DNA of 64,000 bases, taken from NCBI GenBank assembly GCA_963836185.1, contig CAWIIQ010000001.1, positions 96,001-160,000 on the forward strand, written 5' to 3'. Below, one piece after another: positions 20,782 to 30,610 of the stretch (the first letter of the stretch is position 1; every line of letters begins with the position of its first letter). The notes below the pieces were generated by a model. It saw only the letters and a program-made list of their open reading frames with translations, was not told the origin of the DNA and ran no database searches. The translations under genes were made by a program, and so were the position numbers. Source of the DNA: Candidatus Krumholzibacteriia bacterium. Lineage in GTDB: Bacteria > Krumholzibacteriota > Krumholzibacteriia > Krumholzibacteriales > Krumholzibacteriaceae.

Positions 20782-21867
20782 ATGAGACTCACTAAGGTCA
20801 TATTACTCCTGATCGCCGGCCTTCTGCTGTGTCAGCTGGTCGTGGTCGGTGGGTGTCATGAAGATGCCACCTCTCCGGCCAACGAGGGAACTGGAACTCT
20901 CGTCGACGGCGTAGACACGCTAAGCACGATAAACAGCTTACAAAAGACCGGCGACCTGTATACGATGCACTACTACGGTGATTACTCGGACATCCTGGAT
21001 GACATGAACCAGTCGATGATCGGCGGGACCGGCAGCGGTTCCGACAACTCAGCCTGGATGCCGTCTTTCTGCACCTTGTTCTCGGCCCTTTCAGATCCGG
21101 ACAGTGCACTTCTGGGCAGGAACTTCGACAATCCATTTTGTCAGGTCCTGTTGACCAACTATGATCCTCCCGCAGGATATGCTTCTCTTGCATTCACACG
21201 CATGAGTGATCTTGGATACGGACTGTCCGCGGATCTTGACAATCTGACATTTGAGGAAAAACTGGGATTACTACGAGCGGTTTATTTCGTGCCGGATGGA
21301 ATTAACGAATGCGGTCTCGCGGCGGGGCTCGCATATGTGAGGTCGGTCACGTATACGCCTGATGGGAGCAAAGAGACCATTTTCGTCACCTACCTGATTC
21401 GAAAAATCCTTGATGGAGCCAGGAACATTGATGAAGCGGCCACAATAGCGAACAGTTACAACGTGTTCGATAGCGGGATCGGGACGATATCTCATCATCT
21501 ACTGGTAGCTGACGCGTGGGGCAGATCTGCGATCCTGGAGTTCGATCAGGGTGCATTTCAAGTCATAGAGAACAGCACGGCGTGGCAGGTGCTCACTAAT
21601 ATCCCAGTCTACAATAGATCGGTATCGGATCTAAAAGCACTCTGCTGGAGATACCGCACTGCCTACGATGCCCTTGAGTCCGTGGCGGGTGATATAGACG
21701 GAGGGGAAGCCATGGGGATATTGCAGAGTGTATCTCAAAGGTTTCCCGAGAGTGGTACAATCTGGTCGGCCGTCTACGATCTGAAGGCCCGAGGCGTCTA
21801 TGTATGCTTGAACAGAGTTTATTCCAATCCACAATATCTGGTCCTGCAGCACACCGGAGACCGGTAA
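20782..21867 (+). CDS. Ntn-hydrolase lipoprotein (choloylglycine hydrolase / C45-like)
   Basis: Lipobox-like VGGC; FCTLF nucleophile Cys, GRNFD, DGINECGL, TIWSAVYD. Confidence 0.8.
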   Translation: MRLTKVILLLIAGLLLCQLVVVGGCHEDATSPANEGTGTLVDGVDTLSTINSLQKTGDLYTMHYYGDYSDILDDMNQSMIGGTGSGSDNSAWMPSFCTLFSALSDPDSALLGRNFDNPFCQVLLTNYDPPAGYASLAFTRMSDLGYGLSADLDNLTFEEKLGLLRAVYFVPDGINECGLAAGLAYVRSVTYTPDGSKETIFVTYLIRKILDGARNIDEAATIANSYNVFDSGIGTISHHLLVADAWGRSAILEFDQGAFQVIENSTAWQVLTNIPVYNRSVSDLKALCWRYRTAYDALESVAGDIDGGEAMGILQSVSQRFPESGTIWSAVYDLKARGVYVCLNRVYSNPQYLVLQHTGDR

Positions 21868-21908
21868 TCAGCGACGTTCACTTTATGAAAAGCCAGCAAC
21901 GAGGATGA

Positions 21909-23360
21909 CTATATTTTACCCGATAGAATAGTGATAGCTGCGATGACTTTGTTCGCAAGTATTGGATCGCCGTTATCCTCGGCGATTTTCGCTCCCTCCA
22001 GGAAGAAAGGGACAGCTCCCATTCCCTGATATTTCACTACCGCCTGTTTCCCGGACTTCTCCTCTATCAGGGAAGCCAGTTTCCACCCGAGCCCGTAAAG
22101 TGGGCCGTTGTTCCTCAGGCCCTCACTGATAAACGCATCCACATCCTCCACGCCCCACTGTTCTATGACTTCATCGACGAACCTCGACATCAGTTCCGAG
22201 CCCGGCTCCACTTTGCCGGGCAGGTCGTCAGAGGCGAAGGGCCCGCGTACAAGGTTCGCGACACCCTCAAGCATCGAGTATGTGATCATCGCATAGAGGG
22301 CGTCATATCGCTCGTCCCCGGTATCGACAGAGGTGAGGTCCGAAAAGTCAGTGGCTGTCCCGCCTCCGGCTGCGGGGCAAAGCTCGATCTGGAGCCTGTG
22401 GTACGTCTCTTCTATCAATGTTCCCAGCATATGATCCCAGTCGTCCTTGGGCTGCTCGATATTCAGCCCTACCATGTCAGGCGTCGCCCAGCCGCGAATG
22501 GCCCATCCGACAGTAAATGCAAAATGGACCTCCGACTGCATATCCGGGGGAACGTAACCACCGATCTTTCCAAGGGCCGCAGCAGTTATATCGCCTTCAT
22601 ACTCTTTCAGTTCGGAAAGGAAGCGCAGATATTCATCCTTGTTCTGGACGAGATCGGCATATCCGAAAGCATTCTGGGGATTCAGCCAGATCCACAGGCG
22701 GTCCAGTGGATCGGGCGAACCGGCCATGCGGATCATCTTCGCCAGCGATCCGGTGTCGGGCAGAGGCTCGGGGACATATCCGAGGTTTTTACGGTGCTGG
22801 AGCATAGCCTGGTTGCTCGGCAGTGCTGCAAGGGCGCCGGCCTCTGATTCGAGGATCTCGCCATCCTCCAGTGCATCGAAGAATCCCGTGAGCGCGGAAT
22901 AGTCCAGCACGAGACTCAAGCCTTTGACGGATCCAATCGTTTCATCGGTCAGTCCGATACGCTCAAGTGATCTGTGCGGGGATTCACCTTTGAATTCCAG
23001 GGTGTATCCTGGATTAAACTCCTTTAAAGCTGCCAGGTTCGATTCGCGCTGACGCTCCAGGCAGGCAGCTGCTTTATTGAGCCCGGCCCTGTCCGTTGGT
23101 ACCGGGATGCTGTCCGGATCCGGAAGCTGCTCGGGCATAAGGCCGTAAAATCCCCCACCCAGTTCGAGCTGAAGATCATTGTAACCCGAGAGCTCTCGAA
23201 GGCGTTCTGGGGGCTGGACGCGGGCGAGTTCGGCCAGCAGGATCTTCCTATCCGAATCTGTGATCTCCCCGGGCGTCGTGTTATGCGCGGCGTTGATTGC
23301 GGGAAACAGTGATAGCAGGAGCAGGAGAGTGCCGGTCAGGGTTTTCGTTCTTCTCGACAT
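21909..23360 (-). CDS. Secreted DUF5700-like putative Zn protease with variant motif
   Basis: Signal peptide; EETYH followed by LEGVA; GPLYGLGWKLA. Confidence 0.5.
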   Translation of the reverse strand: MSRRTKTLTGTLLLLLSLFPAINAAHNTTPGEITDSDRKILLAELARVQPPERLRELSGYNDLQLELGGGFYGLMPEQLPDPDSIPVPTDRAGLNKAAACLERQRESNLAALKEFNPGYTLEFKGESPHRSLERIGLTDETIGSVKGLSLVLDYSALTGFFDALEDGEILESEAGALAALPSNQAMLQHRKNLGYVPEPLPDTGSLAKMIRMAGSPDPLDRLWIWLNPQNAFGYADLVQNKDEYLRFLSELKEYEGDITAAALGKIGGYVPPDMQSEVHFAFTVGWAIRGWATPDMVGLNIEQPKDDWDHMLGTLIEETYHRLQIELCPAAGGGTATDFSDLTSVDTGDERYDALYAMITYSMLEGVANLVRGPFASDDLPGKVEPGSELMSRFVDEVIEQWGVEDVDAFISEGLRNNGPLYGLGWKLASLIEEKSGKQAVVKYQGMGAVPFFLEGAKIAEDNGDPILANKVIAAITILSGKI

Positions 23361-23532
23361 GTCGCGGTTTCCTCCAGTAGTCCGGATACGTGGATATTCG
23401 GGCTTCTGGCCGCATTATATCCACTGGTAACATTGTTGTCTATACGTGGAGGGTGTTCCATTATGCTATATTGGTGGTGAATATCTTGATAGCGGCACAT
23501 GTATTCCATAATGAATCAGTGAAAGGCAGTAA

Positions 23533-23829
23533 ATGAAGGTTCTGATCTGGATAAAAGAGTTTTTCTCGCATCCATTAATCCAGCTGGCTTTGGTTTCGGG
23601 GGCGAGCATAATCGCTCTGGCATATGTTTCCAAGCGAGTGCTGCCTGAGCCGATGAAAAATCTATATATAAGTCTGCCCCCGCTCCTGGTCGCGATGGCC
23701 GGCGGGCTTATGGGAATGAAAAAAAAGGCCTGGTATACCAACAGATACTTATGGCTTCTCGCTGTCGCGATGACAACGATCTTTATCATCGCCATCCATC
23801 TGGCCAGGTATGGATCTGGTTCTCCTTAA
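23533..23829 (+). CDS. Small membrane protein (3 TM)
   Basis: Three hydrophobic segments; AAAGG upstream. Confidence 0.6.
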   Translation: MKVLIWIKEFFSHPLIQLALVSGASIIALAYVSKRVLPEPMKNLYISLPPLLVAMAGGLMGMKKKAWYTNRYLWLLAVAMTTIFIIAIHLARYGSGSP

Positions 23830-24203
23830 AACATCCGCCCGATTGCGGCGCCGGCAAACAGGGCGACGAATCCGACTCCGTTCTGGATTGCCAGATTCAT
23901 CCCGGCTCTCATCCATTCGGCTGTGCGCATCAGTTCGCTGGTCTCCATGATAAGAGCTGAAAATGTCGTGAAAGCTCCCATGAAGCCCACAAGCACCAGT
24001 GTCCGGATTTCTGCCGAGACGGTCCAGCGATTCTCGAACAACATCCATATCATTCCGGCTACAAAGCACCCTGTAAGATTTACGATCGCCGTACCCCAGA
24101 AAGAGGGTTCGCCATTTACCTTGTGGACAAATCCTGCCAGACCGTAGCGTGCCAGCGTTCCCAATCCTCCGGCGACTGCCAGCCATATGAACTTCTGAAT
24201 CAT
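23826..24203 (-). CDS. crcB: Fluoride channel Fluc
   Basis: GGLGTLARY, GT..VN.TGC, GFMGAFTTFS; RBS AAGGAGG. Confidence 0.92.
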   Translation of the reverse strand: MIQKFIWLAVAGGLGTLARYGLAGFVHKVNGEPSFWGTAIVNLTGCFVAGMIWMLFENRWTVSAEIRTLVLVGFMGAFTTFSALIMETSELMRTAEWMRAGMNLAIQNGVGFVALFAGAAIGRMF

Positions 24204-24334
24204 TTGTCAGGTCCTCCTTTGATCATTCCAATATATTGATGTATCTTGAATTAGCAAGTCGACAATTTGCCGGACTGAGTGGAATATGATACGATTATGA
24301 CCATGGTGGAGAGGCTGCAGGCAAGGAGGCGGAT

Positions 24335-25498
24335 ATGGTTAAAATAAAAGCGCGAATCGCTCTGGTCGCATTGTGTTGTTCTGTTTGTGTTTTGACTTCC
24401 GTTCAGATTCTCGCGGCTGACATAAGCCTGGTCGACAGCGGCCAGAGTCTTGGCGATGGACGGACCTTTTCCATGGCCCTGGGGGATCTGGATGGTGATG
24501 ACGACCTTGACGTATTTTTCGCGTGCTATATCCAGTCGAATATAGTCTGGCTCAACGACGGTGCCGGCATATTTACGGACAGCGGCCAGAATCTTGGCGG
24601 CTCGTCGGGACACGGCGTCGCCCTGGGCGATCTGGACGGTGATAACGATCTTGATGCCTTCGTGGTGTTTAACAGCTCTTCCGACAGGGTGTACCTGAAC
24701 GACGGGTCCGGACTTTTCTCAGATAGTGGCCAGAGTCTCGGCGTTGCGGGTGACTATGGAAACTTTGTCATATTGGGAGATATCGACGGGGACAACGACC
24801 TGGATGCACTGGTTGCTTTGTATGAGCATCCGAACAGAGTCTGGATCAACGATGGGGCAGGGAATTTTTCTGACCAGGGACAGAGGCTGGGCAATAATAG
24901 TTCAGGAGCTATGGCGTTCGGAGACCTGGATTCTGACAACGACCTCGATATTTATCTCGCTGTTGCATCCGCGGCCGACCGGATATGGTTGAATGACGGG
25001 GAAGGGACATTCGTTGACAGCGGCCAGAGCCTGGGGCCGGGCGATGGCTATGGACAGGCCGCTCTCGCCGACCTCGATGGTGACGACGACCTTGACGCGT
25101 TTGTCGTAAACTCGAATAACAGCAGCAGGATCTACCTGAACGATGGATCCGGGCTGTTCAGTGATTCGGGCCAGTTGCTGGGGCTCGGCAGCCAGAGGAT
25201 CTGTCTCGTCGATCTTGATCGCAACGGTACCGTCGATGCGGTAACGACCCATATGGCGAACGGGAACCCTGTCTGGATCAACGATGGAGCGGGCACTTTC
25301 AGCCATTCCGGCCAGAGCCTGGATGTGCTGAATGCTCTCGCCATCTCTTCGGGCGATGTGGATGGAGACGATGACTTCGATCTGTTACTCGGTATGCTGG
25401 AAGGCTCAGGCGGGAACAAACTCTATTTCAACGAGACGCTTCTTTCAACGGAGGCTACGAGCTGGGGACGGCTCAAGTCACTCTTCGGCAGCGATTAA
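24335..25498 (+). CDS. Secreted FG-GAP/VCBS beta-propeller with C-terminal SWGxLKxLF tail
   Basis: About 7 repeats of DSGQSLG...GDLDGDxDLD...WLNDG; ends TEATSWGRLKSLFGSD. Confidence 0.88.
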   Translation: MVKIKARIALVALCCSVCVLTSVQILAADISLVDSGQSLGDGRTFSMALGDLDGDDDLDVFFACYIQSNIVWLNDGAGIFTDSGQNLGGSSGHGVALGDLDGDNDLDAFVVFNSSSDRVYLNDGSGLFSDSGQSLGVAGDYGNFVILGDIDGDNDLDALVALYEHPNRVWINDGAGNFSDQGQRLGNNSSGAMAFGDLDSDNDLDIYLAVASAADRIWLNDGEGTFVDSGQSLGPGDGYGQAALADLDGDDDLDAFVVNSNNSSRIYLNDGSGLFSDSGQLLGLGSQRICLVDLDRNGTVDAVTTHMANGNPVWINDGAGTFSHSGQSLDVLNALAISSGDVDGDDDFDLLLGMLEGSGGNKLYFNETLLSTEATSWGRLKSLFGSD

Positions 25499-25555
25499 TC
25501 GGCTATATCATTGGACTCATCGTTAATCACATGATATTGGACAGCGTCCGATCTA

Positions 25556-25564
25556 TGGTATAAT
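25556..25564 (+). promoter_or_regulatory. Extended -10 promoter element
   Basis: TGGTATAAT upstream of the methyltransferase gene. Confidence 0.45.
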
Positions 25565-25637
25565 AGTATCAAGGGAACTGCGATAATGACAACATAAGCG
25601 GCCGATATACAAGACATAGCTTAGACGATTAAAGACC

Positions 25638-26423
25638 ATGGAGCGGCAGTCAGGTATGGAGCAGAGAGAATACGCGACCATGTATGGCATTGAAGACCAT
25701 CATTGGTGGTATGTAGGGCTGCGGGATATTGTCTTCTCCATACTCGACGATCTGCGGCAGGCGAAAAACGACTTTTTCCTGCTCGATGCGGGGTGCGGCA
25801 CGGGAGGTGTCCTGTCCCGGTGTGATAATATGAAGGCTTGCGGGTTCGATGTCTCTGCCGAAGCTATTTCTTTCTGCAAGACACGTAACTGTGACCAGGT
25901 CCTGCAGGCGACCATCTGCGAGATCCCTTTCAACAAACAGTGCTTCGATGTCGTTGTGTCCCTGGATACGCTGACCTGTCTTGAGCGGGAGGGACGCGGC
26001 AGAGCGTTAGCAGAGATCTATCGAGTTCTTAAGCCGGGAGGGATGCTGGTTATGAATCTGCCGGCCTACCAATGGCTCACGAGCAGGCATGACCGGGCCG
26101 TCGGTACCAGGCGCCGGTGCACGACAGGAGGGCTGAGGGAGGAATTGGAGAAGGCGGGATTCAGAGTAACGAAGATGACTTATCGCAATATGTTTCTTTT
26201 CCCCGCTATCGCTATAAAGAGGGTTATTGACAAGAGACCGAGGCGGGGATCAGAAGCTGAGAGATCGGACCTGAAAACGGTCCCGGAGTTTTTCAACAGG
26301 CTCTTAAGCACGGTATTATTTTTTGAAAACAAGCTGTTATCTCGTATCAGTTTTCCATTCGGGCTGTCAGTATTCTGCGTCGCTCAAAAAGACGGCGTAG
26401 ATACGCAGCATGGAACAGAGTGA
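25638..26423 (+). CDS. Class I SAM-dependent methyltransferase
   Basis: EDHHWWY, LLDAGCGTG, RVLKPGG, PFGLS. Confidence 0.88.
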   Translation: MERQSGMEQREYATMYGIEDHHWWYVGLRDIVFSILDDLRQAKNDFFLLDAGCGTGGVLSRCDNMKACGFDVSAEAISFCKTRNCDQVLQATICEIPFNKQCFDVVVSLDTLTCLEREGRGRALAEIYRVLKPGGMLVMNLPAYQWLTSRHDRAVGTRRRCTTGGLREELEKAGFRVTKMTYRNMFLFPAIAIKRVIDKRPRRGSEAERSDLKTVPEFFNRLLSTVLFFENKLLSRISFPFGLSVFCVAQKDGVDTQHGTE

Positions 26424-27871
26424 AGTTCGGTATGCAGACAATCTTCCGTCCGGTATCCCGGCCCGTCTTCTGGAGCCTGTTGGGGATATGCACGCTTTTT
26501 CGTGTTTTCCTGGCAACATTGCCCGGCTACATTCCCGACGTACACTCATTCAAGAACTGGGCTATCGGTTCCGCCCTCTACGGGTTGCCGGCGGCCTATG
26601 ACAATACAGACATAGATTATCCTCCGCTTGTGCTCTATTTCCTTTACCCCGCCGGCAAGCTCTATATCTGGAGTCAGCCCGAACTGAGGACGGCGGAGTT
26701 CAAGCGTGCCGAGTGGGGGGAATACCTGTTTTATACAGGGGATGGGCGGATCTATCGATCGGACATGGGATTCAGGGCCGAACTGCCCGAGGTCGAAATG
26801 CCCTCATATCCGCTTCCCGGTTCAAGGTTTCTGACATTCCTGGTTAAGGCCATGTTCATCCCGTTCGATTTTCTGGTCGGAATGCTCCTTTTCTGGCTGG
26901 TTTCCGCCGGGGGCTTATGGGGCGAGTCACGCGCGGGACCGGGGTGGGGGCGACTCGTCGCTTTGCTCTACTTGTGGAACCCGGTCGTGCTCTGGGGATC
27001 GGGCTACTGGGGAGAATCGGACAGCATCATGTTCGTGTTCGCCGTGGCTTCGCTGGCGATGCTGGCCTTCAATCGGATCGCTTTTTCGGGCATGCTGCTC
27101 GCAGCGGCGGTGTTGATGAAGCCCGTGGCCGCGCCTCTGGTACCTGTGCTGGCAGGAGTGGCGTGGATCCGCCACCGGTTCCGTGGATTGATGCCTGCGG
27201 CACTCGCCGGCGCGGCAGTCTCGATTCTCCTGTTTCTCCCGTTTGTGTTGTCGGGACGGACTTGCATGACTTTTTGCAGGGTCCTGTCGGATGCGGAGAT
27301 CATGCCTTATACGTCCTGCAACGCGCACAATTTATGGTGGCTCATCGGATATTACTGGCATGATGCTAACGCGCCGGTGATCGGGGCGCTGACACCGAAA
27401 ATGATCGGTCTCGCACTCTTCGGCACAGCCTTTGTCTTGCTTCTTGTCCACAGCCGCCAGTGGATCGCTGAGGCTGAGGCAGAGGCGCAGGCATATCGCG
27501 CGGGGATCTTTCTCTTCTCTGCGGCTACTGTGGCGACATTTTTCTTTGTATCTACGCACCTGCATGAGCACCATCTCAGCATGACAGTGCCTTTACTTCT
27601 GGCTGTGGCAGGCCGCGACAGAAAACTTGCCTGGCTTGCACTGGGCTGCACTGTGGCCTGCTTCACAAACATGGTGTTGCATGACCTTGTCCTTCCATAC
27701 CGTCTGCCGTTGAGCTTAAACGCGTCGTCGCCGGTCATGTATCCCCTGATGCAGCGTCCTTTTACATGGCTGCAGCTGGCTGGGAGCTACATCAACAGCG
27801 GATTGATCGCGCTGGTTGCCGTATCGGTGTACATTGCCGCTTGGCGTAGGACCGGAATTTACAGGAAGTGA
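26420..27871 (+). CDS. GT-C fold integral membrane glycosyltransferase
   Basis: DYPPL motif, WNP...WGESD, NAHNLWW, HEHH; more than 10 TM segments. Confidence 0.72.
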   Translation: MKFGMQTIFRPVSRPVFWSLLGICTLFRVFLATLPGYIPDVHSFKNWAIGSALYGLPAAYDNTDIDYPPLVLYFLYPAGKLYIWSQPELRTAEFKRAEWGEYLFYTGDGRIYRSDMGFRAELPEVEMPSYPLPGSRFLTFLVKAMFIPFDFLVGMLLFWLVSAGGLWGESRAGPGWGRLVALLYLWNPVVLWGSGYWGESDSIMFVFAVASLAMLAFNRIAFSGMLLAAAVLMKPVAAPLVPVLAGVAWIRHRFRGLMPAALAGAAVSILLFLPFVLSGRTCMTFCRVLSDAEIMPYTSCNAHNLWWLIGYYWHDANAPVIGALTPKMIGLALFGTAFVLLLVHSRQWIAEAEAEAQAYRAGIFLFSAATVATFFFVSTHLHEHHLSMTVPLLLAVAGRDRKLAWLALGCTVACFTNMVLHDLVLPYRLPLSLNASSPVMYPLMQRPFTWLQLAGSYINSGLIALVAVSVYIAAWRRTGIYRK

Positions 27872-27979
27872 CCTGCCGGCCTACTTCCAGTAGGCGGAGA
27901 TTCAGATTCCCCGATTCCTCGAATCCCAGCAATTGTATTCGTTTATTGATCTCATCGAAACCACGCCATTTCGTGACTT

Positions 27980-28517
27980 GTATATGCCTGTGATTATCGC
28001 GCCCAGGACGCTCCGAGAGTGTTGATGCCGTAAAGCAGCCCCGTATAGGAAGCAGCCTGTCTGAATCGGCGCACAGTCGCTGTGATAAGCACGGGCGCTG
28101 TCATCCCCATCGCGATCGTCGGGGGGGCAGGAGGATCGATCCGGTAACAGCGAGACGAGCGATCTGGGCCGCGGGAGTCTCATATCCGAGGGCCGGCAGG
28201 AACTCTATGAAGAGGGAGCTGGCAGACGAAATGATGTAAGGAGAGAAAAACAGATAAAGTGCCAGCCCGCCCTCAAGAGCAGCGTACAACAGCAGATAGC
28301 GGGAGGTACGCCTGCAGGTCCGTTCGGCCAGGCGTGCCCCGATGGCTAATCCGGCCATAAACGTTATAAGGATGATGTTCAGAGCTGCCGCGGAGCTTCC
28401 GAGCGTCACCGTCAGCTGGTGCAGTCAGCACAGCTGGGCGCTCAACGCCGCCGCCCCCGAGAGCAGGAAGGGAAGCAGCAGGGGTGCGATCGGGAACTGT
28501 TTACTTCGATTCTCCAT
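27980..28517 (-). pseudogene. Truncated N-terminal membrane part of a fused MFS/spermidine-synthase-like gene
   Basis: FLLSGAAAL.AQLC-TGA (28425-28427, at a Trp position), FMAGLAIG, then frameshifted LPPTIAMG...YGINTLGA; no methyltransferase domain follows. Confidence 0.75.
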
Positions 28518-28530
28518 CCAGTGATCCTTG

Positions 28531-29625
28531 TCAGGCTATTCCGAGCAGAGTGTCCGCGACACGACGCGTGTCACTCAATTCCAGCCCCGGATAAAGCGGA
28601 AGCGAGATCACAGAATCGCAGGCGGCCTCTGTCACCGGCAGATCTCCCTTTCTGGCACCGAGAAACCGGTATGCTTCCATGAGATGGACCGGTTCGGGAT
28701 AGTGGATCCCGTACCCGATTCCGGCACGGTCCAGTGTATCTATTGTTCGCTGCCGGTCCGGTGTCTGTACAACAAAGAGGTGGTATGTGTGTGTTCCATC
28801 CGGGACTTCGGCGACAGGCCGGTAACTCGAATCGGTCAAAGCGTTCGTGTATGTACGAGCAATCTCGCGGCGGGCCTCTATCGCACCTGACAGGTGCCGC
28901 AGCTTCACGCGGAGAATCGCGGCCTGAAGCTCGTCAAGCCGGCTGTTGAATCCCTCACAATGCGCGTGCCGGTCGTTCCTGAATCCGTAAAACCTCAGCA
29001 CTCGCAGATGTTCCTCCAGGGAGGGATCGTTCGTCACGCAAAGCCCCCCGTCACCAAAGGCGCCGAGGTTCTTTGTCGGATAGAAGGAGAAACAGCCTAT
29101 GTCGCCAAAACTCCCCACATGCCTGCCTTTGTACAGACTTCCATGTGCCTGGGCACAGTCTTCGATGACCTTCAGCCTGTTTGCGGCGGCGAATTCGAGA
29201 ACAGGGTCCAGAGCAGCAGGCTGTCCGTAAAGGTGTACCGGGAGAATGCAGCGTGTGCGATCCGTCAGTGCCGTCTCCAGTTGAGCGCCGTCCATAAGCA
29301 GGGTCGCGGGATCAATATCGACGAACCGCGGTACTGCCCCGACAGCCCTGACCGCGGCGACTGGAGGCACTCCGCAGTTTGCCGTCGTGATCACCTCGTC
29401 GCCGGGGCCGATTCCAAGAGCCCGCAGGGCAAGTATCAACGCGTCGGTGCCTGAGCCCACGCCGACTGCTCCATTCACCCCCGCGTAGTCGGCGAACTCC
29501 CGCTCGAATGCAGATACCTCGGGACCGAGGATCAGCTGGCCCGAAGCAAGTACTCTTCGAATCGCTATCTCGATCTCATCCTTGATCTGAAGATATCCCG
29601 GAAGGTAGTCGAAGAAGTTTATCAT
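28531..29625 (-). CDS. DegT/DnrJ/EryC1/StrS sugar aminotransferase
   Basis: VHLYGQ, EDCAQAHG, FSFYPTKNLGAFGDGG (PLP Lys), NSRLDELQAA. Confidence 0.93.
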   Translation of the reverse strand: MINFFDYLPGYLQIKDEIEIAIRRVLASGQLILGPEVSAFEREFADYAGVNGAVGVGSGTDALILALRALGIGPGDEVITTANCGVPPVAAVRAVGAVPRFVDIDPATLLMDGAQLETALTDRTRCILPVHLYGQPAALDPVLEFAAANRLKVIEDCAQAHGSLYKGRHVGSFGDIGCFSFYPTKNLGAFGDGGLCVTNDPSLEEHLRVLRFYGFRNDRHAHCEGFNSRLDELQAAILRVKLRHLSGAIEARREIARTYTNALTDSSYRPVAEVPDGTHTYHLFVVQTPDRQRTIDTLDRAGIGYGIHYPEPVHLMEAYRFLGARKGDLPVTEAACDSVISLPLYPGLELSDTRRVADTLLGIA

Positions 29626-29629
29626 GGGG

Positions 29630-30610
29630 CTATGCGGCGGGATAACCGATCTCCTGGTAATACTTTACGGTTTTCTCAAGTCCGGCGGCCAGGTCGATCC
29701 TGGGGTTCCAACCTGTCAATTCATGAAACTTATGGAAATCGCTGTAATAATCGCCGATGTCGATGATGCCGATCTCCGGCGGGAATGGTACCATCTCGTA
29801 AGTGAACTCGGTGAATTTCCGCAGTATCTCCACGAACTCGAGAAGACTCTTCGGCTCGGGGTGGCCGATATTCAACGCCTTGCCGGCGGTCTCCCTGGTG
29901 GAGCCGGCAAGGATGAGGGCATCTACCACATCGTCAACATAGTTGAAATCCCGAAGCTGATTGCCCGTCCCATAGATCTCGATGGTCTCACCCCTTAACG
30001 CCTTGCGGACAAAGATACCGACGAATCCCTTGGTATCGCTCTTCAGGTCCATACGGGGCCCATAGGTGTTGGTCAGGCGGAGACTGACGGTACTCATGCC
30101 GTAGACCTTGTGGTAGAGGGAGTAATACATCTCTGCTGCGAGGTTGTTGATTCCGTTGACGTCCACAGGGATAAGTGGATGTTCCTCACTTACCGGCAGG
30201 ACACGCGGCTGGCCATACACCTGGCGTGTGCTGGCAAAGACGATCGCCACCTCCGGGTTCTTGAGACGGCAGCATTCCAGCAGCGACAGCTGACTACGGC
30301 AATTGATCTCCATGTCGGTCAATGGATCGCACATGCTGTCGATATGGCTGATCTGGCCGGCAAGGCTGAAGATCACGTCCTGCCCCTGAACTATGTAACT
30401 CAAGCTGGCAGAGTCCCTGACGTCTGAGAAATTGACGTGCACCTTGTCCTTTATCGGCTCGATGTTAAGGAGCGTCGCGCCGTAAGCGGGCAGCATCGAG
30501 TCTACCAGCGTTACCTGCGCTCCAAGTTCAACGAGGCGCAGGGCGAGGTTGCTGCCGATGAAGCCAATGCCGCCGGTAATCAGTACGCGTTTATCTTTGT
30601 AGATTTCCAT
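29630..30610 (-). CDS. NAD-dependent sugar epimerase/dehydratase (extended SDR)
   Basis: ITGGIGFIGS, RLTNTYGP, RDFNYVDD; atypical catalytic segment NGINN. Confidence 0.88.
   Translation of the reverse strand: MEIYKDKRVLITGGIGFIGSNLALRLVELGAQVTLVDSMLPAYGATLLNIEPIKDKVHVNFSDVRDSASLSYIVQGQDVIFSLAGQISHIDSMCDPLTDMEINCRSQLSLLECCRLKNPEVAIVFASTRQVYGQPRVLPVSEEHPLIPVDVNGINNLAAEMYYSLYHKVYGMSTVSLRLTNTYGPRMDLKSDTKGFVGIFVRKALRGETIEIYGTGNQLRDFNYVDDVVDALILAGSTRETAGKALNIGHPEPKSLLEFVEILRKFTEFTYEMVPFPPEIGIIDIGDYYSDFHKFHELTGWNPRIDLAAGLEKTVKYYQEIGYPAA

Noticed and set aside
24204-24334. Fluoride riboswitch upstream of crcB
   Set aside because: No GGxGATGGxGTTCxCC...GCTGATGAC-like consensus on the minus strand
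24420-25440. Recurring DNA repeats (cagcggccagag..., aacgacgg...) as a CRISPR or tandem array
   Set aside because: They are degenerate in-frame FG-GAP protein repeats; no CRISPR array or cas gene is seen in the window
28425-28427. In-frame TGA as selenocysteine or recoded Trp
   Set aside because: The gene also has frameshifts and a truncation, and TGA is used as a normal stop elsewhere in the window, so this is a nonsense mutation
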